From Candidatus Omnitrophota bacterium (GTDB taxonomy: Bacteria > Omnitrophota > Gorgyraeia > Zapsychrales > Zapsychraceae): a stretch of DNA of 64,000 bases. Location of the stretch: positions 99,607-163,606 of the forward strand of contig JACKFK010000007.1 in NCBI GenBank assembly GCA_020632515.1. The letters are read 5' to 3'. This document shows, piece by piece, positions 20,527-31,360 of this stretch (the first letter of the stretch is position 1; each line of letters begins with the position of its first letter). The translations under genes and the position numbers were made by a program. Below the pieces are notes generated by a model. It did not search any database and was not told the origin of the DNA. It was given only the letters and a program-made list of their open reading frames with translations.

Positions 20527-22964
20527 TTACTAACAGTTGTCTTCGTTTCTTTAAAAACAACCTCATCATTTTTCCGCTGCGCCTTAATTCTAGTTCCTTC
20601 TTTATAGTTTCCGGAGATAATTGCTTCTGCCAATGGATCTTCTAATAGACGCTGTATTGTTCTTTTAAGTGGACGAGCTCCATATACAGGATCAAATCCC
20701 TTCTCAATAAGCAGTTCCACCACGTCTTTATCCATTTCAATATGTATCTCTTTCTCTAATAAACGACGAAATACTTCTTTGATTTCAAGGGTAACAATTT
20801 TCTCTAAATCTTCTTTTGTTAAAGATTTAAAGACGATGATTTCATCAATTCGATTGAGAAACTCCGGTTTAAAGTTCTTCTTTACTTCCTCAAGAAGACG
20901 GCTTTTCATTTCATCATACGTAACTTCTTCTTTCGGCGCGATAAACCCTAAAGAACCTTGTTTACGTAACATATCCGCCCCGACGTTGGAAGTCATTAAA
21001 ATAATTGTATTACGAAAATCAACTTTTCGCGCTAAACTATCCGTCAGGCGGCCTTCTTCAAAAACCTGCAAAAGAAGATTAAATACATCCGGATGAGCTT
21101 TTTCGATTTCATCTAATAAAACCACTGAATACGGTTTTCGACGAACCTTTTCGGTTAATTGTCCTCCTTCTTCATATCCAACATATCCTGGAGGCGCACC
21201 AATTAAACGAGACACATTAAATTTATCCATATATTCAGACATATCGATCTGAATAACGGCATCGCGTCCGCCAAACATAAATTCCGCTAAAGCTTGAGCC
21301 AAAAGCGTTTTTCCAACACCTGTTGGCCCTAAGAAAATAAACGAACCAATTGGCCGCTTAGGATCTTTAATTCCTGCTCGAGAACGACGCACTGCGCGGG
21401 CAATGGAGCTAATCGCTTCATCCTGGCCAATAACCACACCTTTCATATCTTCTTCCATTTTTAATAGACGCTGAGTCTCTTTCTCCTCTAAACGAACAAG
21501 CGGAATCTTAGTCCACTGAGAAACAACTCGAGCAATTTCTTCATAGCCAATAGTAATCGAAGACTTATCGCGTTCTTGTGCCCACTCATTTTTCACTTTT
21601 TCTAATTTCTCACGGGTTTCTCGTTCTAAATCCCGCATTTTAGCCGCTTTTTCAAAATCTTGACTCTTAATATAAGCTTCTTTTTCTGTTCGAAGATTTT
21701 CAATCTCTTCTTCTAATTCTTTTAATCCGGGAGGAACCACCATGGCATTAAGCCGCGCCCGTGAACCAGCTTCATCTAAAATATCCACGGCTTTATCCGG
21801 TAAAGCTCTTCCAGTAATGTAACGTTCGGATAATTTCACCGCAGCTTCCAAAGATTCATCAGAGAACTTAACACGGTGATGCGCTTCGTATTTATCTCTT
21901 AACCCTTTCAAGATCTGTATTGCTTGATCTTGCGACGGCGGTTCAACCATAATGGTTTGAAAACGTCTTTCCAATGCCGCGTCTTTTTCAATATGCTTAC
22001 GATACTCATCCAACGTTGTCGCACCGATACATTGAATCTCTCCCCGAGCTAACGCTGGTTTAAGAATGTTTGCCGCGTCAATTGCGCCTTCAGCGGCTCC
22101 AGCTCCGACCAACGTATGAAGCTCATCGATAAAAAGAATTATTTTACCATTGCGCTTAATTTCATCCATGATCGCTTTAATACGTTCTTCAAATTGTCCG
22201 CGATATTTTGTTCCGGCAATCATTAACGCTAAGTCGAGCACGACAATGGTCTTATCTCTTAATATTTCAGGAACTTCACCTTTAACTAAAGCCTGAGCCA
22301 AACCTTCGACAATCGCTGTTTTTCCTACACCTGCTTCGCCAAGAAGCACAGGATTATTCTTAGTCCGACGGCTTAAAATTTGTAATATGCGCTGAATTTC
22401 TTCTTCCCGTCCAATGACTGGATCTAACTTTCCATCGCTAGCTAATTTGTTAAGATTGCGTCCATAAGCATCTATCGCCGGTGTTTTGTCGGATTTTACC
22501 GTTTCCTCGTTGCCGTAACCAGGAATCCCTGAACCTAATAATTCCATTACCTCATTACGTAGTTTTCCTAAATCCAGTCCTAAATTAAGCAATACGCGAT
22601 AGGCCATTCCATCACCTTCTTTAACCAAGCCAAGAAGAAGATGTTCTGTTCCAATATAATTATGTCCCAACGCCCTGGCTTCTTGCGCTGATAATTCTAA
22701 CGCTTTTTTACTGCGAGGCGTGAATGGGATATCACCAAGCACCTGCGTCTGTGGCCCTGGTTGAACTAATTTCTCAACTTCGATCCGAATTGTTTCTAAA
22801 TCCAATCCGAGCTTTTGTAAAACAGCGGCGGCCACACCTTCTCCTTCGCGTACCAACCCCAAAAGAAGGTGTTCAGTACCAATGTAGTCATGATTAAACC
22901 TTCGTGCTTCCTCTTTTGCATAAACAATGACTTTTCTAGCTCTTTCCGTAAATCTGTTAAACAT
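20523..22964 (-). CDS. clpC: ATP-dependent Clp protease ATP-binding subunit ClpC.
   Basis: Two N-terminal Clp-N repeats, two AAA+ modules ([16 protein letters not shown]) and the UVR motif in the M-domain. 813 aa. Confidence 0.9.
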   Translation of the reverse strand: MFNRFTERARKVIVYAKEEARRFNHDYIGTEHLLLGLVREGEGVAAAVLQKLGLDLETIRIEVEKLVQPGPQTQVLGDIPFTPRSKKALELSAQEARALGHNYIGTEHLLLGLVKEGDGMAYRVLLNLGLDLGKLRNEVMELLGSGIPGYGNEETVKSDKTPAIDAYGRNLNKLASDGKLDPVIGREEEIQRILQILSRRTKNNPVLLGEAGVGKTAIVEGLAQALVKGEVPEILRDKTIVVLDLALMIAGTKYRGQFEERIKAIMDEIKRNGKIILFIDELHTLVGAGAAEGAIDAANILKPALARGEIQCIGATTLDEYRKHIEKDAALERRFQTIMVEPPSQDQAIQILKGLRDKYEAHHRVKFSDESLEAAVKLSERYITGRALPDKAVDILDEAGSRARLNAMVVPPGLKELEEEIENLRTEKEAYIKSQDFEKAAKMRDLERETREKLEKVKNEWAQERDKSSITIGYEEIARVVSQWTKIPLVRLEEKETQRLLKMEEDMKGVVIGQDEAISSIARAVRRSRAGIKDPKRPIGSFIFLGPTGVGKTLLAQALAEFMFGGRDAVIQIDMSEYMDKFNVSRLIGAPPGYVGYEEGGQLTEKVRRKPYSVVLLDEIEKAHPDVFNLLLQVFEEGRLTDSLARKVDFRNTIILMTSNVGADMLRKQGSLGFIAPKEEVTYDEMKSRLLEEVKKNFKPEFLNRIDEIIVFKSLTKEDLEKIVTLEIKEVFRRLLEKEIHIEMDKDVVELLIEKGFDPVYGARPLKRTIQRLLEDPLAEAIISGNYKEGTRIKAQRKNDEVVFKETKTTVSK

Positions 22965-22967
22965 AAT

Positions 22968-24020
22968 TTAATTTCCTCCTATTTTTTGTCGGATAAGACT
23001 AGCTCTTTTTCGATCTCGATCTGCAGCGTTTAACTTCTTGCCTTCCAGCTTTTGCAGATGAGCAGGCTGAATCTTAATAAATAAATCGTTTATAATTTTT
23101 TGATCTATGTCTTTAATAATTTGTAAATCGATACCTAATCTCAGCATCGATAATAGTTCCACTGTTTCCTGACTTGAAATTATGTGCGCGTTCTTAAGAA
23201 CTCCGTACGACCGAAAAATTTTATCCTCTAACATTGGTTTATTTTGCAATAATAATGCCTGTCGAGCCTGTTCTTCCTGCTCGATAACTTGACGAATTAA
23301 TCCATTGATATTTTGTATAACATCTTGTTCACTATGCCCCATGGAAACTTGGTTTGAAATTTGATAAAAATTTCCACTAGCCTGAGTTCCCTCTCCATAA
23401 AAACCTCGTGAAGCAAAATTTAATTTAGATATGGCAGTCAAAACTTTATTAATTTGTTTTGTCATAACTAAAGCCGGCAAATGAAGCATGACTGAACCGC
23501 GCATAGCTGTTCCTGTATTCGTTGGACAAGCGGTTAAATATCCCCATTGCATTGAATACGCAAAATCAAGTTTCTTGGCTAACTCATCGTCGATTGTCGT
23601 GGCCACATTCCATATTTCTTCCAAATTAAATCCTGATTCCATAACTTGAATCCGCATATGATCTTCTTCATTAATCATGACAGAAAGAATTTCTTCTTTG
23701 GAAACAACCAATGCTTTACCTTCAGGGTTCGCAGCATGTTCATGACTCATTAAATGTCGTTCAATCAAAAACTGACGGTCGACATTATCCAAATCTTGAA
23801 TCTTTAAAAATATTGAATCTTTAAACTGCGGTATTTCATCCATTGCCGCTTTTATTGTTTCGCATATCGCTAATAATTCTTTTTTATCCGCTTTGTTAGG
23901 GAATGGATGTTTTGCTAAATTTCGGGCTAAACGCAGACGTGATGACATAACAATATTAGCATAAGCCCCTGTCCCTTTAAGCCACTGCCCGGTATTATGA
24001 ATAAAATCTTCTAATTTCAT
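22968..24020 (-). CDS. mcsB: Protein-arginine kinase McsB.
   Basis: ATP:guanido phosphotransferase catalytic domain (CPTNTGT...). 350 aa. It lies between mcsA and clpC. Confidence 0.85.
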   Translation of the reverse strand: MKLEDFIHNTGQWLKGTGAYANIVMSSRLRLARNLAKHPFPNKADKKELLAICETIKAAMDEIPQFKDSIFLKIQDLDNVDRQFLIERHLMSHEHAANPEGKALVVSKEEILSVMINEEDHMRIQVMESGFNLEEIWNVATTIDDELAKKLDFAYSMQWGYLTACPTNTGTAMRGSVMLHLPALVMTKQINKVLTAISKLNFASRGFYGEGTQASGNFYQISNQVSMGHSEQDVIQNINGLIRQVIEQEEQARQALLLQNKPMLEDKIFRSYGVLKNAHIISSQETVELLSMLRLGIDLQIIKDIDQKIINDLFIKIQPAHLQKLEGKKLNAADRDRKRASLIRQKIGGN

Positions 24021-24511
24021 TTTTCTTTACTTTCTAAATTCCTGATTTGATCGCGTAATTGGGCGGCTAATTCAAAGTTTTCCGATTGAATAGCATCTAA
24101 CAATTTATTCTTCATATCTTGAAGATTTTCTATTTTTTTCTTTTCGCTCGGCGGCATTTTAACAGGTGTTTTTCCAAAATGTTGGTTAGCGCCATGAATT
24201 TTCTTTAAAAGAGTTGCCAAATGCATTTTAAAAGACGGATAACACTCACTGCACCCCAACCGGCCAAATTTCCTAAAATCTTCGTACGACATTCCACAAT
24301 TAGTACATTTTAAATTTACGGATTCATCTTTTTTAACTTGTTTCCCGAAATCCGCTAGCCCCGCTAATAAATCGGCTAAACCAAACTGCTGTTCCATCTG
24401 CACACTTTTTTCCCGGGCACAGTCTTCACATAAATGCATTTCTGTCATTTGTTCATCGACAATTTCAGTTAAATGAACCGTAGCTTTTTTATTACATAAA
24501 TCACATTTCAT
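24017..24511 (-). CDS. mcsA: McsA, activator of the protein-arginine kinase.
   Basis: Two CxxC...CxxC zinc fingers plus a C-terminal UVR motif (ELAAQLRDQI). There is a 4-nt overlap with mcsB. Confidence 0.75.
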   Translation of the reverse strand: MKCDLCNKKATVHLTEIVDEQMTEMHLCEDCAREKSVQMEQQFGLADLLAGLADFGKQVKKDESVNLKCTNCGMSYEDFRKFGRLGCSECYPSFKMHLATLLKKIHGANQHFGKTPVKMPPSEKKKIENLQDMKNKLLDAIQSENFELAAQLRDQIRNLESKEK

Positions 24512-24601
24512 ATTTGAATCTCAACCTGCTCTTTTGTCGTTAATCCCCAGCCACCGTTGACCAAAAACTTAACTGGCCATTGAAGACTGTTTACATTCAT
24601 T

Positions 24602-25465
24602 TTAATATTTAACGCCATCCTTAGCCGTTAATAAATGAAATTTTTTAATCAAATCCATTGTAATTGTTCCCGGTACTCCATCACCAATCACACGACCATC
24701 AACTTTAACAACTGGAATAATTTCTGCGGCTGTTCCAGTTAAGAAACATTCATCAGCAATATAAACCTCATGGCGAGTCATAAAAGTTTCGTGCGTTTTA
24801 ATTTTACTCTTGGCAGCTAATTCTAAAACCGCTTCTCGTGTAATCCCGCGTAACCGGCCTTGTGAAGGTGTAAACAACTCCCCTTTTTTGATGATAAAAA
24901 TGTTGTCCCCTGTGCATTCAGCAACATATCCCTGGTGATCCAGCATAATCGCCTCACAAAAACCGGAGTTATTCGCTTCAATCTTAGCTAAAATATTATT
25001 TAAATAATTTAACGATTTCAGCATCGGGTTCAAGGCTTCAGGATTATTTCTAACTGTTGGAACTGTAATGATTTCCATTCCCTTATTATACATTTCTTTT
25101 GGATAAAGGGTAATCTTATCCGTAATAATTATTATGTTAGAATTTCCTTTACACTTACGTGGATCCAACCCAAGATCACCTTCTCCTCGGGTAACAATAA
25201 CTCGAATATACGCGTCATCTAATTGATTAATTTTCAGAGTATCCACAATCGCTTGCATCATTTGCTTTTTGTTTAACTGCAGATGAATCATCAAAGTATG
25301 GGCGGTTTCATAAAGACGTTCAATATGTTCTTCCAGTTTAAAAACTAACCGTTTGTAAGAACGAATCCCCTCAAACGCGCCGTCACCATAAAGAAAACCA
25401 TGATCAAATACAGAAACTTTTGCCTGATCTTTTTCAACAAATTTACCATTTAAATAAATTTTCAT
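24602..25465 (-). CDS. Class IV (fold-type IV) PLP aminotransferase, of branched-chain or D-amino-acid type.
   Basis: 287 aa. It carries the FGDGAFEGIRSY and ...EAIMLD...ECTGDN motifs of BCAT/DAAT. Confidence 0.7.
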   Translation of the reverse strand: MKIYLNGKFVEKDQAKVSVFDHGFLYGDGAFEGIRSYKRLVFKLEEHIERLYETAHTLMIHLQLNKKQMMQAIVDTLKINQLDDAYIRVIVTRGEGDLGLDPRKCKGNSNIIIITDKITLYPKEMYNKGMEIITVPTVRNNPEALNPMLKSLNYLNNILAKIEANNSGFCEAIMLDHQGYVAECTGDNIFIIKKGELFTPSQGRLRGITREAVLELAAKSKIKTHETFMTRHEVYIADECFLTGTAAEIIPVVKVDGRVIGDGVPGTITMDLIKKFHLLTAKDGVKY

Positions 25466-25509
25466 ACATTCCTCATTTCTTTCAGCTGTCGGTTTTGTCT
25501 AACCAACGA

Positions 25510-26181
25510 CTAGACTAATTCCCCGTCTTTCATACGCATTCTTCTTGAGGAGAACTGTGCGATATGTTCGTCATGCGTGACAATAACCAATGTCTGTTTA
25601 TTCTTATTATTAAGATCCATAAGCAATTGGATAATTTCTTTACCGCTCTGCGAATCTAAATTACCAGTTGGTTCATCAGAAAAAATAATCTTCGGGTCGT
25701 TAACTAATGCTCGCGCGATAGCCACACGCTGCTGTTCTCCGCCGGAAAGTTGATTTGGTTTATGCGTCATCCTCTTTTCCAACCCAACCTGACGTAAAAG
25801 TTCTTTTCCCTTAGGTTCAAAAGCCTTGGTATTTACTTTATCTTCACGAACAAGTAACGGGAGAATCACATTCTCTAAAGCTGTAAACTCAGGTAATAAA
25901 TGATAAAACTGAAAAACAAAACCTACTTTTCTATTACGCAATCTCGCTCTCGCTTCATCTTTAAGTTTATAAACATTCTCGTTATCTAGCACAACCGTTC
26001 CCTGATTCGGCTGATCCAATCCGCCTAAAATATGTAATAGCGTTGATTTTCCTGCACCTGACGGACCAACAATAGAAATAAACTCACCCTCGGCAATCTC
26101 AAGATCAATCCCTTTTAAGATATCTAAAGTCTTACGTGATTGTTTATAAGACTTGTAAATTCCTGCAGCTTTAATAATCAC
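25510..26181 (-). CDS. lolD: Lipoprotein-release/MacB-type ABC transporter ATPase, LolD-like.
   Basis: Walker [10 protein letters not shown], the LSGGEQQR signature and Walker B. 223 aa. Confidence 0.75.
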   Translation of the reverse strand: MIIKAAGIYKSYKQSRKTLDILKGIDLEIAEGEFISIVGPSGAGKSTLLHILGGLDQPNQGTVVLDNENVYKLKDEARARLRNRKVGFVFQFYHLLPEFTALENVILPLLVREDKVNTKAFEPKGKELLRQVGLEKRMTHKPNQLSGGEQQRVAIARALVNDPKIIFSDEPTGNLDSQSGKEIIQLLMDLNNKNKQTLVIVTHDEHIAQFSSRRMRMKDGELV

Positions 26182-26373
26182 TCTAAATAGAATCCTTAAC
26201 TCTTAAGTTATCTTAAAGAAAATGGGACATCAAACGTCCATCATCTTTTTCCATTTTTCACAAGCATTAGGATCAAAAATATTTTTCAAATTAAACTTAA
26301 CAATTTCTAAATATTCATCCATTGAAAACATACGTTTTTCCTTAAATTCACTTTTATAATTGGCAACTCAAAA

Positions 26374-27567
26374 TCATTCATACCGCAACGCCTCAACAGG
26401 CTCGAGTCTGGCTGCTTTAGCCGCGGGATAAATAGTTGCTAAATAACTAATCACCAAGGCTGAAACCACAATAATAATCATATCCATCATTTGCAAATCT
26501 ACTGGGACTCGGTCAATGGAATAAATCTCTGCAGGCACTTTTATATAATGACTTAATATATAACTTAATCCTAATCCACTGACGACACCCCAAAACGTAC
26601 CAACTAACCCGATCCAAATGCCTTGTTTTGTAAAAATCTGCCGGATTGATTTCTTTGGCACGCCAATGGATTGTAAAATTCCAATATCATGTATCTTGGT
26701 GGAAACCGTCACAATCAATGTGCTGATAATATTAAATGAGGCGATTAAAACCATCAATGTCAAAATAATAAACAATCCCCATTTTTCAAGAAATAATGCA
26801 TCAAACAAATTATGATTTAATTCAATCCAAGTCCGTATCAAATAACTAAAACCAATTTTTTTATAAATCTTTTGTTTAACCTCTTTGGCTTGATATGGTC
26901 GATTTAAATCAACACTTAATCCGGAAACAACATCTTCAGGAATATCAAAGATTTCTTGCGCCTTTTTAAGGTCAACAACAATCATTGTTTTATCAAAATC
27001 CACCATCCCCGTATCAAAAACCCCGACAATCTTTAAATTAAACCGCCAACCTTTACCTGTAATTCCTGAACCAGGCGACAATAAAGTTACCTCGTCGCCC
27101 ACTTCATAACCATAATATCTAGCCAATTCATTACCGATAATGACATGATTGCCGCGTAAATCAGCAAACTGCCCTTTTTTCAAATAACGTTTGAATTTCT
27201 CCGCACTCACATTGGAATCGGAATCAACACCATTAACGACTAACGCCTGAGCTTTATCATCATACTCAAGAAATAAACTACCTTGAATAAACGGGGCCGC
27301 TCCTTTAACACCTTCAATCGCGCTAATTTCAGTAACAACATCCTGATAATGCGTAATACCTGTTTCTTTAGTAATCGCAATATGCGGATTCACCCCGAGA
27401 ATCTTATCGCGCAAATTATTGCCAAAACCCGTCATGATACCCAAAACAACTATCAGCGATGCTACTCCAATTGCCACACCGGCAATAGAAACAACATTTA
27501 AAAATTTAAGAAACCGGCCTTTACTGGCAATCAGATACCGATAGCTAATCCAGTTTTCATAATTCAT
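26374..27567 (-). CDS. lolC: FtsX/MacB-family permease, LolC/LolE-like.
   Basis: 397 aa. It has an N-terminal TM helix, a large periplasmic domain and three C-terminal TM helices (FtsX fold). Confidence 0.7.
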   Translation of the reverse strand: MNYENWISYRYLIASKGRFLKFLNVVSIAGVAIGVASLIVVLGIMTGFGNNLRDKILGVNPHIAITKETGITHYQDVVTEISAIEGVKGAAPFIQGSLFLEYDDKAQALVVNGVDSDSNVSAEKFKRYLKKGQFADLRGNHVIIGNELARYYGYEVGDEVTLLSPGSGITGKGWRFNLKIVGVFDTGMVDFDKTMIVVDLKKAQEIFDIPEDVVSGLSVDLNRPYQAKEVKQKIYKKIGFSYLIRTWIELNHNLFDALFLEKWGLFIILTLMVLIASFNIISTLIVTVSTKIHDIGILQSIGVPKKSIRQIFTKQGIWIGLVGTFWGVVSGLGLSYILSHYIKVPAEIYSIDRVPVDLQMMDMIIIVVSALVISYLATIYPAAKAARLEPVEALRYE

Positions 27568-27585
27568 GTGAGTATAAATGAAAGG

Positions 27586-27993
27586 TTAAAGTAAAACGCG
27601 ATTTTTATCTTTGCTGACAGAGGCAACCGTTTGGGCCACAAAATGCCGGTAAGCAAGTATTAAGTTCTTCACGGTCGATCCGCCTTCCAGCCAAAAATCA
27701 TATTGAATGGTAATCATGGTCGGACCTAAAATAGCCTTGACCTGCATTAAATCATTATTGATCGTATTGACTAATTCCAGCTTTTGCTCGTTAGTGCTGT
27801 CTTGAGAAATTTTGAAATAAACACTAAACGCGACGGAATTCTTTTTTTGCGCAATATCTAAATAAACTCGGAAACGGTCTTGAACAAAAAGACTTCCTTT
27901 ATCATCGAGAGATGTATTAAAAAAAGCTTGTTCAAAATAGGATTGAAGTAATTCCTGACTTATATTCTCAATCGATAAAATCTCAGTTTGCAT
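27586..27993 (-). CDS. YbjN-like protein (putative T3SS-chaperone-like fold).
   Basis: 135 aa soluble protein. Weak similarity to the YbjN/DUF2596 family (my recollection). No catalytic motifs. Confidence 0.4.
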   Translation of the reverse strand: MQTEILSIENISQELLQSYFEQAFFNTSLDDKGSLFVQDRFRVYLDIAQKKNSVAFSVYFKISQDSTNEQKLELVNTINNDLMQVKAILGPTMITIQYDFWLEGGSTVKNLILAYRHFVAQTVASVSKDKNRVLL

Positions 27994-28016
27994 AAGAGAA
28001 CTCCTCTAGTTAGTTC

Positions 28017-29474
28017 TTATGTAATACTTTCCGCAACTTTGGCCTGAGGCTTCATTAATGGAAATAATATAACATCACGAATGGACGGGGAATCAGTTAT
28101 AAGCATTACCAATCGGTCAATACCGATGCCGAGTCCACCGGCTGGTGGCATGCCATATTCAAGCGCTTGAATAAAATCTTCATCAATGACTCTATTACCT
28201 GTTTCCACATCATCTTCGAGGTCTTCCATCAGCCTTCTTTTTTGCTCCTGAGGATCATTTAACTCCGAATAAGCATTACCTACTTCTAATCCACCAATAA
28301 AGAATTCAAACCGTGCTGAAATCGCAGGGTTTTCCGGCAATGCTTTTGCCAACGGACATAAAAACGTAAAGTAGTCCGTGAAAAACACGGGGTTAATAAT
28401 TTCCTCTTCTTCCAACATATCTTCAACAATCTTCATAACCGCTGATCGCGTTAGTTTGTCAATCTTAACCTTTGTTCCTTTTTTATCTTTGACTTTCTGC
28501 AACATCGTTTGCGCATCGTCTTGGGGATTAATATCAAATTTATCTTTAACAATTTTGGCAAATGATCGTCGTTCCCACGGAGTTTGAAAATCAATTTCCC
28601 TACCTTGGTACTGTACTTTATAAGAACCGGTAATTTCTTTCACACAGCCGCTAACCAGTTCTTCTGTCAATTTCATCATGTCTTCAAAATCACCATAAGA
28701 CTGGTAAACTTCCAGCATGGTAAATTCCGGATTATGTCGCGTGGATACCCCTTCATTACGAAAGTTCCGATTAATTTCATAAACTCGCTCCAGGCCACCA
28801 ACCAATAACCGTTTTAAATATAATTCCGGCGCAATGCGTAAATAAACTTCCAAATCATAAGCATTGTGATGACTCTTAAAGGGTTTACCCCGCGCTCCTC
28901 CTGCCATGGGTTGAATCATCGGCGTTTCAACTTCTAAAAAATCCCGCTGGTCTAGAAAAGAACGAATAAATGAAATAATCTTGCTGCGGACAATAAACAC
29001 CTTACGTACATATTCATTAGCGATTAAGTCTACATAACGTTGGCGATAACGAACCTCTACATCTTTCAATCCATGCCATTTTTCTGGGAGAGTCATTAAC
29101 GATTTAGTCAAAACAACCAATTCGGCAACCCGCACGCTTTCTTGTCCCATTTTAGTCTTAAATAAAACTCCTTTAACACCAATAATGTCCCCGATATCTA
29201 AAGCTTTGATGATATCCATTTTAATGACATCAGATTTAACAAATAATTGCATTCGTCCACTCTGATCCATTAAATCCATAAAGAAGACCTTGCCATGACT
29301 GCGAACAGCCATGATCCGTCCTGCCAAAGATACTTCTCGATCTTCGGTAAAATTTGTTAAAACCTCCGCGATATTCGTGGAAGCCACAAATTTGCCTCCG
29401 TATGGAGCAATCCCCTGATCCACTAAAGCCCGCAGCTTATCAATCCTAACTTTCTTTATTTCATCTAGTTCCAT
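28017..29474 (-). CDS. lysS: Lysyl-tRNA synthetase (class II).
   Basis: N-terminal OB anticodon-binding domain, class II motifs (FRNEG, GGLGIGIDRL) and 485 aa. Confidence 0.9.
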   Translation of the reverse strand: MELDEIKKVRIDKLRALVDQGIAPYGGKFVASTNIAEVLTNFTEDREVSLAGRIMAVRSHGKVFFMDLMDQSGRMQLFVKSDVIKMDIIKALDIGDIIGVKGVLFKTKMGQESVRVAELVVLTKSLMTLPEKWHGLKDVEVRYRQRYVDLIANEYVRKVFIVRSKIISFIRSFLDQRDFLEVETPMIQPMAGGARGKPFKSHHNAYDLEVYLRIAPELYLKRLLVGGLERVYEINRNFRNEGVSTRHNPEFTMLEVYQSYGDFEDMMKLTEELVSGCVKEITGSYKVQYQGREIDFQTPWERRSFAKIVKDKFDINPQDDAQTMLQKVKDKKGTKVKIDKLTRSAVMKIVEDMLEEEEIINPVFFTDYFTFLCPLAKALPENPAISARFEFFIGGLEVGNAYSELNDPQEQKRRLMEDLEDDVETGNRVIDEDFIQALEYGMPPAGGLGIGIDRLVMLITDSPSIRDVILFPLMKPQAKVAESIT

Positions 29475-29518
29475 AAAATCACATTTTCTCTTTCTATTAA
29501 TACTAATATAAAAAATTT

Positions 29519-29547
29519 ATTATATATAAAAAGGGAAACAGTGTCAA
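29519..29547 (-). promoter_or_regulatory. Consensus sigma70-type promoter for lysS: TTGACA, 17-nt spacer, TATAAT.
   Basis: On the minus strand, TTGACA lies at 29547..29542 and TATAAT at 29524..29519, with an exact 17-nt spacer. This is about 45 nt upstream of the lysS ATG. Confidence 0.5.
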
Positions 29548-29602
29548 TGATTCCCCCCATGAAGTCTTTAACTTTTGAAAAATTAAGAGGTTAGATGAAT
29601 CG

Positions 29603-30430
29603 TTAAGCAGCTAAAATACATATTCCTGCCTGATTAGCCATTTTAATACATTTATCTCGATCAATGATAATAGTTTTCCCTGCTTCAACCGCTATACAAC
29701 CCGCCTGATTTTTAATCATCGTCTGAATGGTCCGCGGCCCCATGACTGGAACATCAAAGCGGAAATCCTGTTTAGGTTTACTCATTTTAACAATCACGGC
29801 ACCGCAGCGCGCAATCTGACTTCCTCTGGCAATAGCTCGATCTGTTCCCTCCATAGCTTCAATGGCGACAATCGCTTTATCTTTAATAACAACCGTTTGC
29901 CCGACATCAATTTCACCCATACGTTTCGCAATAGCAGTTCCAAATTCAATATCTTCTAATTCCTGCTGTGTTGGCCCCCGTCTTGTTAAAGTACCTTTTG
30001 GCGCCAAATATTCTTTAAGTAAAAATGTAGAATCGACTAACTCCATTCCTGCAGCTCTTAATTTATCCGCCACAGCCGTAAAGATAGTATCTGCCTTTCG
30101 ATCCTTTATAGCAGCGAATAATTGTTTAAATTCTTCATCCAAAACCACATCTTTTTCAAAAAGATTTTTAGGATTAACCTGCCCAGCCATAATTACTTGC
30201 TTTACTCCTTGTTGCTGAAAGTAAGCAAACAAATTCTTTAGCTCCCCCACATGAAACCAATGTAGTTGATCCACGAAAAATTTTAACAACCTTGTTGTAT
30301 CACCTTTAATCCCAGCTGCGATAACTTTATAATTTTGCGATTTAGCTTTGCGGGCAAAAAGTATAGGAAATTTTCCGTTTCCGGCAATCAATCCTAAAAG
30401 CCGCGGTTGAGTATTCGTCTCATTATTCAT
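29603..30430 (-). CDS. lpxI: UDP-2,3-diacylglucosamine pyrophosphatase LpxI (DUF1009).
   Basis: LGLIAGNGKFP N-terminus and the FDVPVMGPRT motif. It occupies the position next to lpxA that lpxI normally has. Confidence 0.7.
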   Translation of the reverse strand: MNNETNTQPRLLGLIAGNGKFPILFARKAKSQNYKVIAAGIKGDTTRLLKFFVDQLHWFHVGELKNLFAYFQQQGVKQVIMAGQVNPKNLFEKDVVLDEEFKQLFAAIKDRKADTIFTAVADKLRAAGMELVDSTFLLKEYLAPKGTLTRRGPTQQELEDIEFGTAIAKRMGEIDVGQTVVIKDKAIVAIEAMEGTDRAIARGSQIARCGAVIVKMSKPKQDFRFDVPVMGPRTIQTMIKNQAGCIAVEAGKTIIIDRDKCIKMANQAGICILAA

Positions 30431-30500
30431 ATCTCACCTTGTTTGAACAGTGTTTCGTTAAAATTTTCTTGAGTGAGAACATTCCTTAATGAGCAGAATA

Positions 30501-31301
30501 TTAACTACAAATGCCTCTTTCCGTAGTTTTGATGAAGAAGATCAGATGATCTAATTCCGGGCAGGTTTCTACTTCCTTAGAAACTTTTTCTAATGAATGT
30601 GTTTTTGTTAACCCTGAACGAAAGAGTATCTTAAAGGCCTTTTTAAGTAGAGAAATGGATTTTTCAGAAATCTGCGCCCGCTTTAAACCTACAGCGTTAG
30701 TTCGAATAACTTCCACTGGATGTCCGTCGCACATAGAAAATGGTGGAACATCTTGAACTACTTTGGAGCAGCCTCCAACAATTGATAATCTTCCCAGACG
30801 AACAAATTGATGGACAGCGCTAAAACCCCCAATAATCGCGGAATCTTCTAATGTGACATGACCACCCAACGTTGCGGCATTCGCCATAACACAATTATTT
30901 CCAATAATACAGTCATGGGCCACATGCGCATAAGCCATAATAAGATTATTATTCCCGATGAGTGTTTTTCCGCCTCCCTCTAAAGTTCCTGGATTAATCG
31001 TAACGTATTCACGAATAATATTATTCTCACCAATATTTAAAAACACATTATCATCCGCTGAATGTTTAAGATCTTGCGGCGGACTTCCAATAACTGCGCC
31101 GGTAAAAATCTTACAATTACGGCCAATCTTAGTCTGGCCTGTAATCACACAGTGGCTGCCTATGCGAACGTTATCCCCCAACGTAACATCGCCTTCAATA
31201 ATCGAATATGGTCCGATGGAAACACCTGGAGATATCTTCGCCCCGGGATGAATAATCGCTGTTTTATGTATATTTACATTTTCCATAATATTGTATCTCA
31301 A
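30501..31301 (-). CDS. lpxA: UDP-N-acetylglucosamine acyltransferase.
   Basis: Left-handed beta-helix hexapeptide repeats over about 190 aa followed by an alpha-helical C-terminal domain. 266 aa. Confidence 0.85.
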   Translation of the reverse strand: MRYNIMENVNIHKTAIIHPGAKISPGVSIGPYSIIEGDVTLGDNVRIGSHCVITGQTKIGRNCKIFTGAVIGSPPQDLKHSADDNVFLNIGENNIIREYVTINPGTLEGGGKTLIGNNNLIMAYAHVAHDCIIGNNCVMANAATLGGHVTLEDSAIIGGFSAVHQFVRLGRLSIVGGCSKVVQDVPPFSMCDGHPVEVIRTNAVGLKRAQISEKSISLLKKAFKILFRSGLTKTHSLEKVSKEVETCPELDHLIFFIKTTERGICS

Positions 31302-31360
31302 TAATTTAGAGGTATTTTATATTAAAAAACGCCCTATTGTAAACTAAATTCCAAAAATAA

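Noticed and set aside
24512-24601. Possible CtsR operator upstream of mcsA.
   Set aside because: Only one GGTCAAC-like heptad is present, without the tandem direct-repeat arrangement A/GGTCAAAnanA/GGTCAAA. It is not convincing.
29475-29602. Terminator-like hairpin GGGAA...TTCCC followed by TTTTT after lpxI.
   Set aside because: The stem is only 5 bp with a 13-nt loop. It overlaps the lysS -35 region and is too weak to call.
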